Positions 21,259 through 29,478 of a stretch of 64,000 bases of DNA are shown piece by piece. The notes under the pieces were generated by a model. The model was not told where the DNA came from, ran no database searches, and saw only the letters and a program-made list of their open reading frames with translations. Position 1 is the stretch's first letter; each line of letters begins with the position of its first letter. The position numbers and the translations under genes were made by a program. Source of the stretch: Coraliomargarita sp. (GTDB taxonomy: Bacteria > Verrucomicrobiota > Verrucomicrobiia > Opitutales > Coraliomargaritaceae); the NCBI GenBank assembly GCA_965216325.1, contig OZ244160.1, forward strand, positions 1,280,001 to 1,344,000. Reading direction: 5' to 3'.

Positions 21259-22220
21259 CGCTTGCTGCGCTTCGACAAGGCCGGAGCGATCACACTGTCA
21301 AACAGTGCGCTCTGGCTCTGGCGGCCACCTTCTTCACTTAGCTCGGTTACATGCAGATACACCAGCGTGCTCTTCAGTTCCGAGTGGCCGAGATAGCGAC
21401 TGACCTGACGAATCGACACCCCGTCCTCCAGCAAATGTGTGGCAAAACTATGCCGCAAGGTATGCACCGTGAAGTGCTTGTTGATGCCACTATTGGCGCG
21501 GATGATCCGCATCGCCATCTCCAGCGCCGAGCTGCTCATCGGCTTGGCGCTGCGGTGCATCGCCTGCGCCTGAGAGATGCCTGACTGCTTCCAGCCGCGC
21601 CCCACGCCAGGGAACAGCCAGTCCGGATTGCGGTGGCACTTATAAAATGCCCGCAACCGCTTGACCATTGCCGGGCAAATCGGCACCTCACGCGCCTTGT
21701 TGCCCTTGCCATGGCGCACGCGAACGACGCCGCGTCCAGAGTGGATATCCGTCGGCTTGAGCTGCAAGGCCTCCTGTAAACGCAAACCACAGTGATAGAT
21801 CAGCGAGAGCACCGCCCGAAAGCGACCCTCATGCACACAGGCCAGCACACGCCGCACCTCGTCGCGCGTGAGCACGCTCGGCAAAGGCTCGCGCCGCTGC
21901 AGCGTGAACTCCGACCACAGCTTCCACTCCCGGGCCAGCACATCACGGTAAAGCGTCCGAATCGGCACCAGCGCCTGATTCACCGTTGACGCGGCCAGCT
22001 TTTGGTCGTCGCGCAGGTAGATCAGATAGTCCAACACCTGACGTTCCGATAGACGGCGCAACCCCGGGCCCTTCGGTTGGTAGTGCTCGCCCAAGCGATT
22101 GACCCAATCCAGATAAGCCTTACGACTACGAGGCGAGTGAGCTTTGCTATGGACATGCGCATAGAACTGTTGATACGTTTGCGAACACTGAGTCTTTGAT
22201 GATTTGGTATTTTTTTTCAT
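21255..22220 (-). CDS. Tyrosine recombinase with SAM-like N-domain
   Basis: CGLR, GKGNK, HTLRHSFATHLLE, LGH, catalytic Y (LVYLH); the IntI-type RRHH patch was not seen. Confidence 0.92.
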   Translation of the reverse strand: MKKNTKSSKTQCSQTYQQFYAHVHSKAHSPRSRKAYLDWVNRLGEHYQPKGPGLRRLSERQVLDYLIYLRDDQKLAASTVNQALVPIRTLYRDVLAREWKLWSEFTLQRREPLPSVLTRDEVRRVLACVHEGRFRAVLSLIYHCGLRLQEALQLKPTDIHSGRGVVRVRHGKGNKAREVPICPAMVKRLRAFYKCHRNPDWLFPGVGRGWKQSGISQAQAMHRSAKPMSSSALEMAMRIIRANSGINKHFTVHTLRHSFATHLLEDGVSIRQVSRYLGHSELKSTLVYLHVTELSEEGGRQSQSALFDSVIAPALSKRSKR

Positions 22221-22324
22221 CCGGGCAGGTTGGGGCAACTCAGCCTAGCCCGGAACTTTTGACTTTAGAAACCACCCACCAAGACGCCCAAGCACTTAAC
22301 CAACAGCCGCCGCGCAGCGGCTTT

Positions 22325-22353
22325 GTTCAACCAGACGCATTGAGCAACGGCTA
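22325..22353 (+). other. Left half of an attC site (truncated)
   Basis: R'' GTTCAAC then CAGACGCATTGAGCAACGGC, similar to the left arms of the other attC sites; no right arm found. Confidence 0.55.
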
Positions 22354-22495
22354 TACTTACGTCAGATTCTGGGTGATCGAGCTGTTTTTGATCCTTCTGG
22401 TGGCCATAGCAAGCTTGCCGATCATCCTCCCACACTTCCGGAAGACAGATCAAGGCGGAGTGATCAACTCCGAGTCGCTACGCTCCTCTACTTGA
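22352..22495 (+). pseudogene. 3' fragment of a membrane-protein cassette gene reading into its attC
   Basis: YTYVRFWVIELFLILLVAIASLPIILPHFRKTDQGGVINSESLRSST*; no plausible own start. Confidence 0.5.
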
Positions 22496-22515
22496 TCATG
22501 CTCCACGCTTTGGCT
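22445..22515 (+). other. attC site 3 (degenerate)
   Basis: GGAG-TGATCAA ... TTGATCA-TG-CTCC stem with GAG.CGCTACGCTC tip; R' reads G(CT)TTGGCT, complementary to AGCCAAC at 23077. Confidence 0.7.
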
Positions 22516-22528
22516 GAAAGAAGAAAAG

Positions 22529-22556
22529 TTGACAAGCGTACGCAATTACGCACGCT
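22529..22556 (+). promoter_or_regulatory. TA operon promoter/operator
   Basis: TTGACA -35 followed by GCGTACGC and imperfect CGCACG palindromes. Confidence 0.6.
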
Positions 22557-22565
22557 AACCTCATT

Positions 22566-22808
22566 ATGACTACTGTCACAGCAACTAAAGCGAGAAATAG
22601 CCTTTATAGCTTAATTGATGAAGCGAATGAATCGCACATCCCCATTCAAATTACAGGGAAGCGAGGTAATGCTGTGCTGGTTTCTGAAGATGATTGGAGA
22701 GCAATCTCCGAAACCATTCATCTCAGCATGATTCCTGGCATGATCGAATCGATCAAAGAAGGAATGAATGAGGAAATTGAAGACTGCAGCGACACTTTAG
22801 AATGGTGA
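22566..22808 (+). CDS. yefM: Phd/YefM-family antitoxin
   Basis: ATKARNSLYSLIDE, PIQITGKRGNAVLVSEDDW..ETIHL. Confidence 0.9.
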   Translation: MTTVTATKARNSLYSLIDEANESHIPIQITGKRGNAVLVSEDDWRAISETIHLSMIPGMIESIKEGMNEEIEDCSDTLEW

Positions 22809-23068
22809 ACTATAAACTTGTTTTCACTAAACAAGCACTGAAGGACGCAAAGAAACTCTCAAAAAGTAACCTCAGGAAAAAAGCTGAAGACTTACTGGAA
22901 ATTCTAAAAGAGAATCCCTTCAAGAAACCGCCCGAATACGAAGCTCTCGTTGGCGATCTTCAGGGGAGCTATTCAAGACGAATAAACATACAGCACCGTA
23001 TTGTTTACCAAGTCTACGAAGAAGCGAGAATAGTGAAGGTTATCCGTATGTAGACTCACTACGGATAA
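22802..23068 (+). pseudogene. yoeB: Txe/YoeB-family toxin with premature stop
   Basis: YEALVGDLQGSYSRRINIQHRIVY; ends VIRM-TAG-THYG-TAA where the family has MWTHY. Confidence 0.85.
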
Positions 23069-23076
23069 TAGAAATG

Positions 23077-23133
23077 AGCCAACGAGTCGTCAGGGGACAA
23101 GGCCTAAAGGCGCGCCCAGACTCCACGTTCGAG
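23077..23133 (+). other. attC site 4
   Basis: AGCCAAC-GAGTC ... GACTC-CAC-GTTCGAG. Confidence 0.75.
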
Positions 23134-23138
23134 CACAC

Positions 23139-23171
23139 AAAAAACGCCACTCCATAACGGAGTGGCGTTTT
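23139..23171 (-). terminator. Rho-independent terminator (probably bidirectional)
   Basis: AAAACGCCACTCC-ATAAC-GGAGTGGCGTTTT. Confidence 0.85.
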
Positions 23172-23194
23172 GTAGAAACGAAGCTCAATCGACT

Positions 23195-24190
23195 TTAGAA
23201 GCCGTCGACGCCTGCTGGAATCGCTGGTGCTTCCGGAGCGGGCGCGCCCATGTTCATGCTGCCGCTCATCATCATGAGTCCCATCAGTGGCATCATTGCA
23301 CCTTGCACCGCTTGGTCGAATTGCTCCTGAGTCTGCGCATTTTGCAGATTAGTCAAAATGCCATCGACCATACCGTAGGCCATGATGATCTGCGGCTTGT
23401 TCTCCGCCAAGTCTTCCGGGGTCAGTGCTGCGAGGTTTGCTTTGGCCTCAGAAACACCCTCGGTCCAGCCAGCGACCATTTCGGAGTCCAACCAGCGGCC
23501 ATCGACCTTCGTGTAGGTGCCGGTGTTGGTTTCTTCACCGGGAACAGACACTTCGAGGGTCGCACTATCCGCAGTCGACTCGAGGACATTGACCGACATC
23601 TGCGCCAAGTCTGTGAGACGGAACTCATCGCCTGAGAGCGCCGCAAGCCCATCTAACTGCTTCAGCAACTCAGACACGGTGCTATTGCAAAACGCTTGCC
23701 CATCAAAGGCCTTCAAGCCTTCCAAGGATGTGATTTGGCTCGCGTTCAAAGTATTCAAGAAACTGATCAGCGCGGGCCATGCAGCCTCCATCTCAGCCTT
23801 TTCTTCAGCAGACTTCTCCGCACCACCGAGGTTGGTATTGAGGATGAAATCCTTTTGGTCTGCGGCCACTTGAGTGAGCTTGCCCACCAGTGCGAAGCCT
23901 TGATCGTAAATTTCAGCATCCAGCTTGGTGCTGGCCAAATGAACCAGTTCATTCACGTCGCTCTGGTAACTGGCCGGCATTGCTTGCCAAAGCACACCAC
24001 CGTTTCCTTTAGCCAACTCACCGGCGATGTATTTCATCGCAGCATCCGGCGCGTCCGGATAGCTGACCTTCGCTGCAGCCGGAGTAGAACTGTCGACGGA
24101 ACCAGAGCTCGAACCGGAGTCACCACAGCCTGCAAAAAAGAGAGAACCGGTGGTCGCGCCAACCAGTGCAAGTGTATGTAGAGATTTCAT
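23195..24190 (-). CDS. Hypothetical lipoprotein
   Basis: Signal peptide with FAGC lipobox and Ser-rich linker. Confidence 0.75.
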   Translation of the reverse strand: MKSLHTLALVGATTGSLFFAGCGDSGSSSGSVDSSTPAAAKVSYPDAPDAAMKYIAGELAKGNGGVLWQAMPASYQSDVNELVHLASTKLDAEIYDQGFALVGKLTQVAADQKDFILNTNLGGAEKSAEEKAEMEAAWPALISFLNTLNASQITSLEGLKAFDGQAFCNSTVSELLKQLDGLAALSGDEFRLTDLAQMSVNVLESTADSATLEVSVPGEETNTGTYTKVDGRWLDSEMVAGWTEGVSEAKANLAALTPEDLAENKPQIIMAYGMVDGILTNLQNAQTQEQFDQAVQGAMMPLMGLMMMSGSMNMGAPAPEAPAIPAGVDGF

Positions 24191-24252
24191 GTAATGTAGT
24201 TGATTGAGGTTGAAGAAATGAATAAATTACGATTAATAGATAAGAGACAAAG

Positions 24253-24858
24253 TCAATTCGACAAGTCGTAGATCGCATAGCCCGCCATTAGGTTGGGCCA
24301 GAAGCGGCACTCATCGCGCCAGTTGCCCCCGAGAGCGACACGGTCCTGAATCCGGATCCCCTTCTCCGCACAGAAGGCCTCGAATTCATGGATCGAGAAG
24401 GGATTGTTCGGAATCGTCTCATGCCAAGGACGTGGATAGACCTGATTATCGGGACGTCGACCGTTCTGCACATAGCTCAAGCGATTCTTCCAAAAGCCGT
24501 GATTCACGAAGCCAACGGTCAGGTGTTTGCCTACGCGCAGTGCCTCGCTCAAAATTGTATGCGGGTCATCCAGTAACTCGACTGAACGGCTGAAGATGAC
24601 ACGATCAAACGAGTTGTCCTCAAAGGTTCTGAGCAAGGTGCCCACATCGCCGTGGTAGGCGGGCACCCCGCGCTTGATGCAACTAATGATACGGTCGACA
24701 TCGATATCCACACCGACGGCATAGACCGACTTGGTTTGCTGCAGATATTCGAGCAACACCCCGCGCCCGCAGCCAAGATCGAGCACGCGATCGCCCTCGT
24801 TTACCCAGCGGCCGATCACCTGGAAGTCGACCTGACGTTTTTTATTAGCCGGGCTCAT
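24253..24858 (-). CDS. metW: Methionine biosynthesis protein MetW
   Basis: VLDLGCGRG SAM motif, WHETIPN; overlaps metX stop. Confidence 0.88.
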   Translation of the reverse strand: MSPANKKRQVDFQVIGRWVNEGDRVLDLGCGRGVLLEYLQQTKSVYAVGVDIDVDRIISCIKRGVPAYHGDVGTLLRTFEDNSFDRVIFSRSVELLDDPHTILSEALRVGKHLTVGFVNHGFWKNRLSYVQNGRRPDNQVYPRPWHETIPNNPFSIHEFEAFCAEKGIRIQDRVALGGNWRDECRFWPNLMAGYAIYDLSN

Positions 24859-25994
24859 CGATTTAGAAATGAGCGAATAAGCTCATCCAGTTTGGGTGAA
24901 CAGAGCAGGAAGGAGTCATGTCCGGCATCCATCGCCAGTTCCGCATAGGTCGCGTCTTTGCCCAAGCGCAGGAGCGCCTCAACGACTTCGCGATTGCCTT
25001 GCGGTGGATAAAGCCAATCGGAGGTGAAACCAACCACGAGACCGGAAGCCTGCACCGCTTTCAGCGTGGCATCCAGAGAGTTATCCGCGCCATGTAAATC
25101 AAAGCGATCGAGCGCCTTGGTAAGATACAAATAGGTATTGGCATCGAAGCGAGAGACAAAGGCCTGCCCTTGATAGCGCAGATAGCTCTCGACTTCGAAT
25201 TCGATATCGAAGTGCTCTTTGGCATCGAGCTTACGGCGCTTACGGCCGAACTTCGCCTCCATACCGACATCGGACAGATAGGTAATGTGCGCCATCATCC
25301 GCGCAACCGACAAGCCCTCAGCCGGCTGAGTGCCGTCCGGGTAGTTGCCCTCCTGCCAAGTGGGATCGCTAATGATCGCCTGACGTCCTGTATCATTGAA
25401 CGCGATTGCCTGCGCATTATGCCGCGCACAACAAGCCAGTGCAATGTAGCGGCCGACACGCTCGGGATAAGCGGTCACCCACTGCAAAGTCTGCATGCCC
25501 CCCATGCTGCCTCCGATCACTGCATGGAGCTTATCAATGCCGAGATGGTCGATGAGTAGCGCCTGCGCATTGACCATATCGCCCACCGTCAGTTTGGGAA
25601 AATCCAGACTGTAACGCTTGCCGGTTTCAGGGTTGAGGGATTCGGGGCCGGTAGAGCCACTGCAACCGCCCAGCACATTGGAGCAAATCACATAGTAGCG
25701 GCTGGTATCGATCGGCTTGCCGGGGCCGACCATAAAGTTCCACCAACCTTGCTTGCGCTCCTCCATACTGTGGACGCCCGCGCAGTGATGGTTACCGGTC
25801 AAGGCGTGGCAAATGAGCACCGCGTTGTCCTTGGCCTCATTGAGTCGCCCATAGGTCTCGTAGCGGAGCGTCAGCTCGGGAATGGTGCCGCCAGCTTCAA
25901 AGTGAAAGGTCTCTTTCGAAACAAAATCCTGATACTCGACCAAGCCCACCTCACCCGCTTCGGGTATTTCTGGTGTTGCTTCGGAATCAATCAT
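24855..25994 (-). CDS. metX: Homoserine O-acyltransferase
   Basis: CHALTG, GGSMGG, ARMMAHITYLS, RFDAN, GHDSFL. Confidence 0.95.
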   Translation of the reverse strand: MIDSEATPEIPEAGEVGLVEYQDFVSKETFHFEAGGTIPELTLRYETYGRLNEAKDNAVLICHALTGNHHCAGVHSMEERKQGWWNFMVGPGKPIDTSRYYVICSNVLGGCSGSTGPESLNPETGKRYSLDFPKLTVGDMVNAQALLIDHLGIDKLHAVIGGSMGGMQTLQWVTAYPERVGRYIALACCARHNAQAIAFNDTGRQAIISDPTWQEGNYPDGTQPAEGLSVARMMAHITYLSDVGMEAKFGRKRRKLDAKEHFDIEFEVESYLRYQGQAFVSRFDANTYLYLTKALDRFDLHGADNSLDATLKAVQASGLVVGFTSDWLYPPQGNREVVEALLRLGKDATYAELAMDAGHDSFLLCSPKLDELIRSFLNR

Positions 25995-26000
25995 TTTAAG

Positions 26001-26033
26001 GAATTATGAGTTAGGGATTAGGAATTAGGAATT
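26001..26033. repeat. Short heptamer tandem array
   Basis: TTATGAG-TTAGGGA-TTAGGAA-TTAGGAA. Confidence 0.6.
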
Positions 26034-26064
26034 CGTGCGCCTTGGCAAGGGCGCTTTTGCAGAA

Positions 26065-26145
26065 TGGAGGGCAATGCTCCGTCATTGCCACCTCCGCGCA
26101 TCCATTGCCCATGCGTGATCGGTAACGACGGAGCCTTGCCCTCCA
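26065..26145. repeat. GGAG-family REPIN
   Basis: TGGAGGGCAATGCTCCGTCATTGCC ... GGTAACGACGGAGCCTTGCCCTCCA. Confidence 0.8.
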
Positions 26146-26149
26146 GAGC

Positions 26150-27721
26150 TCATTCGTTCGGCTGAAACTGCACGGCCTTTAAATTATTCTCCAAGCGCAA
26201 GTCCGCCTGACCTTCTTCTGGCAACACCTTGGCAATAATCTGCAACTGAGGCTCGTCCTGATTGGCGGGAGCCAGTGCGGTGACCTTGCGGGTGGTGGTC
26301 TTGCCCGGCGCAAGTGCTTCGAGCTTAAAGGCCTGCGGCTCATTGTCGCCCAACACCACTTCCAGCTGTGCATTGTAAAGCCAATCGGTGCCGCGGTTCT
26401 GTACAGTCACCTCGACCGGCATGGTCGTGCCGGGCTGGGCATCTTTGCCAAGGGTCACACTGGCCAGTGCGACATCAATCACATCCTTCTGATCGCGCTC
26501 GCGCAGTCGCTGCCAGTCCAACACCCCTGCCCCATAGAGCGAATCGGCCCCGGGCGCACCGGCTTCATTGAGATAATCGCTCAAGAGTTCGACCGACTGC
26601 TGTGGCAACTGATTCGGATTGCCGGCGAGCAGCGTCGCCAAGGTGCCCGACACAAACGGAGCGGCCGCCGAGGTGCCGGTAAACAAGGTCGTGCCCAGTT
26701 CCTCCTGCGCAGTCAAAATCCCAACGCCCGGAGCCGCAAAGTCGATCTCTACCGACTGATTCGGAAAGATCGCCTGCATGGCATTAGCATCCACAGCAGT
26801 CACCGCGATCACCGATGCATACGCAGCCGGATAGGACAAGGCACCATAGCCATCATTCCCTGCGGCCGCGACCAGTAGCACGCCTTGCTGATGGGCGTAG
26901 GCGACTGCGTTGCGGAGCACCGGTGCATCCACATAGAGCCCGAGGCTCAGATTGATAATGTCTGCATCAGCATCAACCGCATCGACAATGGCCGACGCAA
27001 GGGTGAAGCTATTGCCGATCCCGTCTGCACCGAGCACGCGCATCGCCAACAAGGTGGCATCCGGCGCAATGCCCTCTTTACCACCAATGATGGAGGCCAC
27101 CGAAGTGCCGTGCCCTGCGCCTTCCCCAGCCATCCCCGACTCGGTATAATCCAAGACCTCGATCTCGCTCTCGGCAAACTGCGCATGCTCTATTAGACCG
27201 GAATCTAAAATCGCCACCCGCACGCCGGCCCCCGTGGAGTCCAACTCCCCCACGATCTGCGCCGCGGACACTCCATAGGCTCGCAAGCTCGCAAGCGCCT
27301 CGGGATTGACCACCTCTGGAGGCAGGGGTGGCTGCACTTGGTAGTTGTAGCCAAGTTTAAGCTCCCCGTCCTGCGGAAAATGCTCACGCAGCACCGACTC
27401 ATTGAGCCGTACAGTCAGCAAACGATCAATCCGCCCCGGAACGGGCACACCCGCACGTTCGAGTTCTGCTAAATAGGCGTGATAAGCGGCGGCATCTTCA
27501 AATGTCACCAGCAGCTGCCCGCCAAGCGCAGCTTTCGGATACGAAATCGGCGTCACCGAAGACGGCTGCCAAACGGGCACGACATCACTGCCGGTCGTGC
27601 CTTCGGCATCTGCTAAGCTCAGCGGCTCCGGTGGCGGGACTTGGTCATTCAACCAACGGCCAACCAAGAGCCCAAGTATCAACAGGCAGGCAAGCAGGCT
27701 GAATCGGGTGGCAAGTTTCAT
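26150..27721 (-). CDS. S8 subtilisin-like serine protease with C-terminal CARDB-like domain
   Basis: ILDSG, HGTSVA, AAGN, GTSAAAP. Confidence 0.9.
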   Translation of the reverse strand: MKLATRFSLLACLLILGLLVGRWLNDQVPPPEPLSLADAEGTTGSDVVPVWQPSSVTPISYPKAALGGQLLVTFEDAAAYHAYLAELERAGVPVPGRIDRLLTVRLNESVLREHFPQDGELKLGYNYQVQPPLPPEVVNPEALASLRAYGVSAAQIVGELDSTGAGVRVAILDSGLIEHAQFAESEIEVLDYTESGMAGEGAGHGTSVASIIGGKEGIAPDATLLAMRVLGADGIGNSFTLASAIVDAVDADADIINLSLGLYVDAPVLRNAVAYAHQQGVLLVAAAGNDGYGALSYPAAYASVIAVTAVDANAMQAIFPNQSVEIDFAAPGVGILTAQEELGTTLFTGTSAAAPFVSGTLATLLAGNPNQLPQQSVELLSDYLNEAGAPGADSLYGAGVLDWQRLRERDQKDVIDVALASVTLGKDAQPGTTMPVEVTVQNRGTDWLYNAQLEVVLGDNEPQAFKLEALAPGKTTTRKVTALAPANQDEPQLQIIAKVLPEEGQADLRLENNLKAVQFQPNE

Positions 27722-27822
27722 AGTTAATACGGGAAAGTAGTGAGCAATGCGCAAATGACAATCGCAGGATAGGTGCTTGTCATACTTGTAACGTCTGAGC
27801 CAGCCGCCTAGTTACAGGCTCC

Positions 27823-28485
27823 ATGAAAATTCTGTGCCTCAAACACGTCCCTTTTGAAGGCCCCGGTGCCATTGCGCTCTGGGCACAGCAACGCGGCCAC
27901 GAACTGGTGATCAAATCCGTGTTCCAGTCCGAGCCCCTGCCACCCATCGAATCAATCGACCTGCTGCTCGTCATGGGCGGACCAATGAATATCTACGAGC
28001 ACGACACGCATCCGTGGTTGGTTGACGAGAAGGCCTATATCCGCTCCGCCATTGATGCGGGCAAGCAGGCGGTCGGCATCTGCCTCGGCGCCCAGCTGAT
28101 CGCCGATGTGCTCGGCGGCCAAGTGACTGAGGGCCCACAGAAGGAGATCGGCTGGTTCCCCATCGAGCTGGACCGCCCCAGCGCGCAAACACTGCGCGTG
28201 TGCCACTGGCATGGCGACACCTTCAGCATACCCGCCGGTGCCGAACACATCGCCCGCAGCGAAGCCTGCGCCCACCAGGGGTACCTTTACGAGAATCGTG
28301 TGCTCGGCCTGCAATGCCATTTGGAAAGCACGCCCGAGAGTCTCGCGCTGCTCATCGCCGCCTGTAGCGACGAACTGGTCGACGGGCCGACGATCCAAGA
28401 CGCCGAAACCATGCTCGCAGAGCCCCTCCAAACTTACGAGGCGATGCAGGCGGTATTGTTCGAGCTACTCGACGGACTCGAATAA
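27823..28485 (+). CDS. Class I glutamine amidotransferase-like protein
   Basis: GICLGAQ, WHGD, QCHLE. Confidence 0.88.
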   Translation: MKILCLKHVPFEGPGAIALWAQQRGHELVIKSVFQSEPLPPIESIDLLLVMGGPMNIYEHDTHPWLVDEKAYIRSAIDAGKQAVGICLGAQLIADVLGGQVTEGPQKEIGWFPIELDRPSAQTLRVCHWHGDTFSIPAGAEHIARSEACAHQGYLYENRVLGLQCHLESTPESLALLIAACSDELVDGPTIQDAETMLAEPLQTYEAMQAVLFELLDGLE

Positions 28486-28486
28486 A

Positions 28487-28626
28487 GGTAGGGCAGTCTC
28501 GCCGAGACAGCCGTTCGCCAAGGTGTATAAACGATACGAATCTCGTGGATTCAACTTCACCCAAGGCATGAAGCAGTCGCCGCAATTCAAAACGGGGCGG
28601 CACGATAAGGATATCGCGCCCTACCG
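28487..28626. repeat. GTAG-family REPIN between convergent genes
   Basis: GGTAGGGCAGTCTCGCCGAGACAGCC ... CGGCACGATAAGGATATCGCGCCCTACCG. Confidence 0.8.
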
Positions 28627-28629
28627 CGG

Positions 28630-29115
28630 CTAGAACAGCCGCGGGTCGAGCATCCACGCCAATTCGCAGCTGCCAACCTGTCCATAATTCGGAATGGGGG
28701 CCCATTCCAGGCAGACCATATTGCAGGTTTTGAAATAAACTCGGGCCCGTCCACGTTCACCGCCGAGCAATAAGGAAGTGAAGACGGAAATATTGGGATT
28801 GTGCCCGACGATCAGGACGTCGCGCTGCAGCTCGCTCAAATCCGCCAACAACGGCTCCGGATCACGGTCGGGCTCCAGACGATCAACCTCGCGGACCAGA
28901 TCCACCGCAACACCACTCTCCGACAGCACACACTCCGCAGTCTGCTGCGCCCGCACGAGGGGGCTCTGCCACAGCACCTCAGGCTGGAAGTGCTTATTTT
29001 CCTTTAAAAAGCGGCCGAGTGCCGCCGCGTGGGCACGCCCGCGATCCGTTAATTCCCGCACAGAATCCGGATAGCCCGCCCCCGCCTGCGCATGGCGTAG
29101 TAGAAAGAGTTTCAT
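28630..29115 (-). CDS. sixA: Phosphohistidine phosphatase SixA-like
   Basis: LLRHAQA, RELTDRG, SPLVRAQQTA, VGHNP. Confidence 0.85.
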   Translation of the reverse strand: MKLFLLRHAQAGAGYPDSVRELTDRGRAHAAALGRFLKENKHFQPEVLWQSPLVRAQQTAECVLSESGVAVDLVREVDRLEPDRDPEPLLADLSELQRDVLIVGHNPNISVFTSLLLGGERGRARVYFKTCNMVCLEWAPIPNYGQVGSCELAWMLDPRLF

Positions 29116-29161
29116 GCCTAGAACTTGGCAGACTGCGGCAAACTTGTGCAGCCCAAAAACG

Positions 29162-29234
29162 CAAAAACCCCGAAGCGCGATGCACTCCGGGGTCCTTAAC
29201 AAACAACAAACTAACTACACAATTTATGTGTATA
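29162..29234 (-). ncRNA. Candidate sRNA 1 (about 70 nt)
   Basis: No ORF; upstream promoter motif, 5' hairpin, GU-rich core, terminator CCCCGGAG..CTTCGGGG-TTTTT; 5' end estimated. Confidence 0.6.
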
Positions 29235-29239
29235 AAGTA

Positions 29240-29265
29240 AGACGCCTTGCAAACGCTGGTGTTCA
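29240..29265 (-). promoter_or_regulatory. ECF-sigma-type promoter 1
   Basis: TGAAC-N16-CGTCT on the minus strand. Confidence 0.65.
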
Positions 29266-29314
29266 AAAAAGCTCGAAAAAATCCAATCGCTCTGCCCAGC
29301 GCTGACATCCGGGC

Positions 29315-29388
29315 AAAAAAACGCCGCTCTGCAAAGCGGCGTTTCAAACAAACAACAAACTGAACAACTTACTACGAATTGTTATGTT
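29315..29388 (-). ncRNA. Candidate sRNA 2 (sibling of sRNA 1)
   Basis: Same 15-nt core AGTTTGTTGTTTGTT before terminator AAACGCCGCT..AGCGGCGTTTTTTT; 5' end estimated. Confidence 0.6.
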
Positions 29389-29393
29389 GTAAT

Positions 29394-29419
29394 AGACGTA
29401 AACCGTGCGCTCGCGTTCA
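29394..29419 (-). promoter_or_regulatory. ECF-sigma-type promoter 2
   Basis: TGAAC-N16-CGTCT on the minus strand. Confidence 0.65.
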
Positions 29420-29478
29420 AAAAATTCGAATCTTTTTTCAGGAAATTTTAACGCACCTCAAAGGACTCACACAAGTCA

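Larger units (their letters stand above)
19850..22330 (-). mobile_element. Tyrosine recombinase + IS91-type (Y2 HUH) transposase element in a cassette position
   Basis: TTGAACAA / TTGTTCAA ends with adjacent GC hairpins; two overlapping genes opposite to array orientation. Confidence 0.85.

Noticed and set aside
21255..22220. Integron integrase intI
   Set aside because: It lies inside the array, overlaps an IS91 transposase and lacks a recognisable IntI-specific insertion
25995..26149. SAM riboswitch upstream of metX
   Set aside because: The gap is filled by a REPIN and a heptamer run; no SAM aptamer motifs recognised
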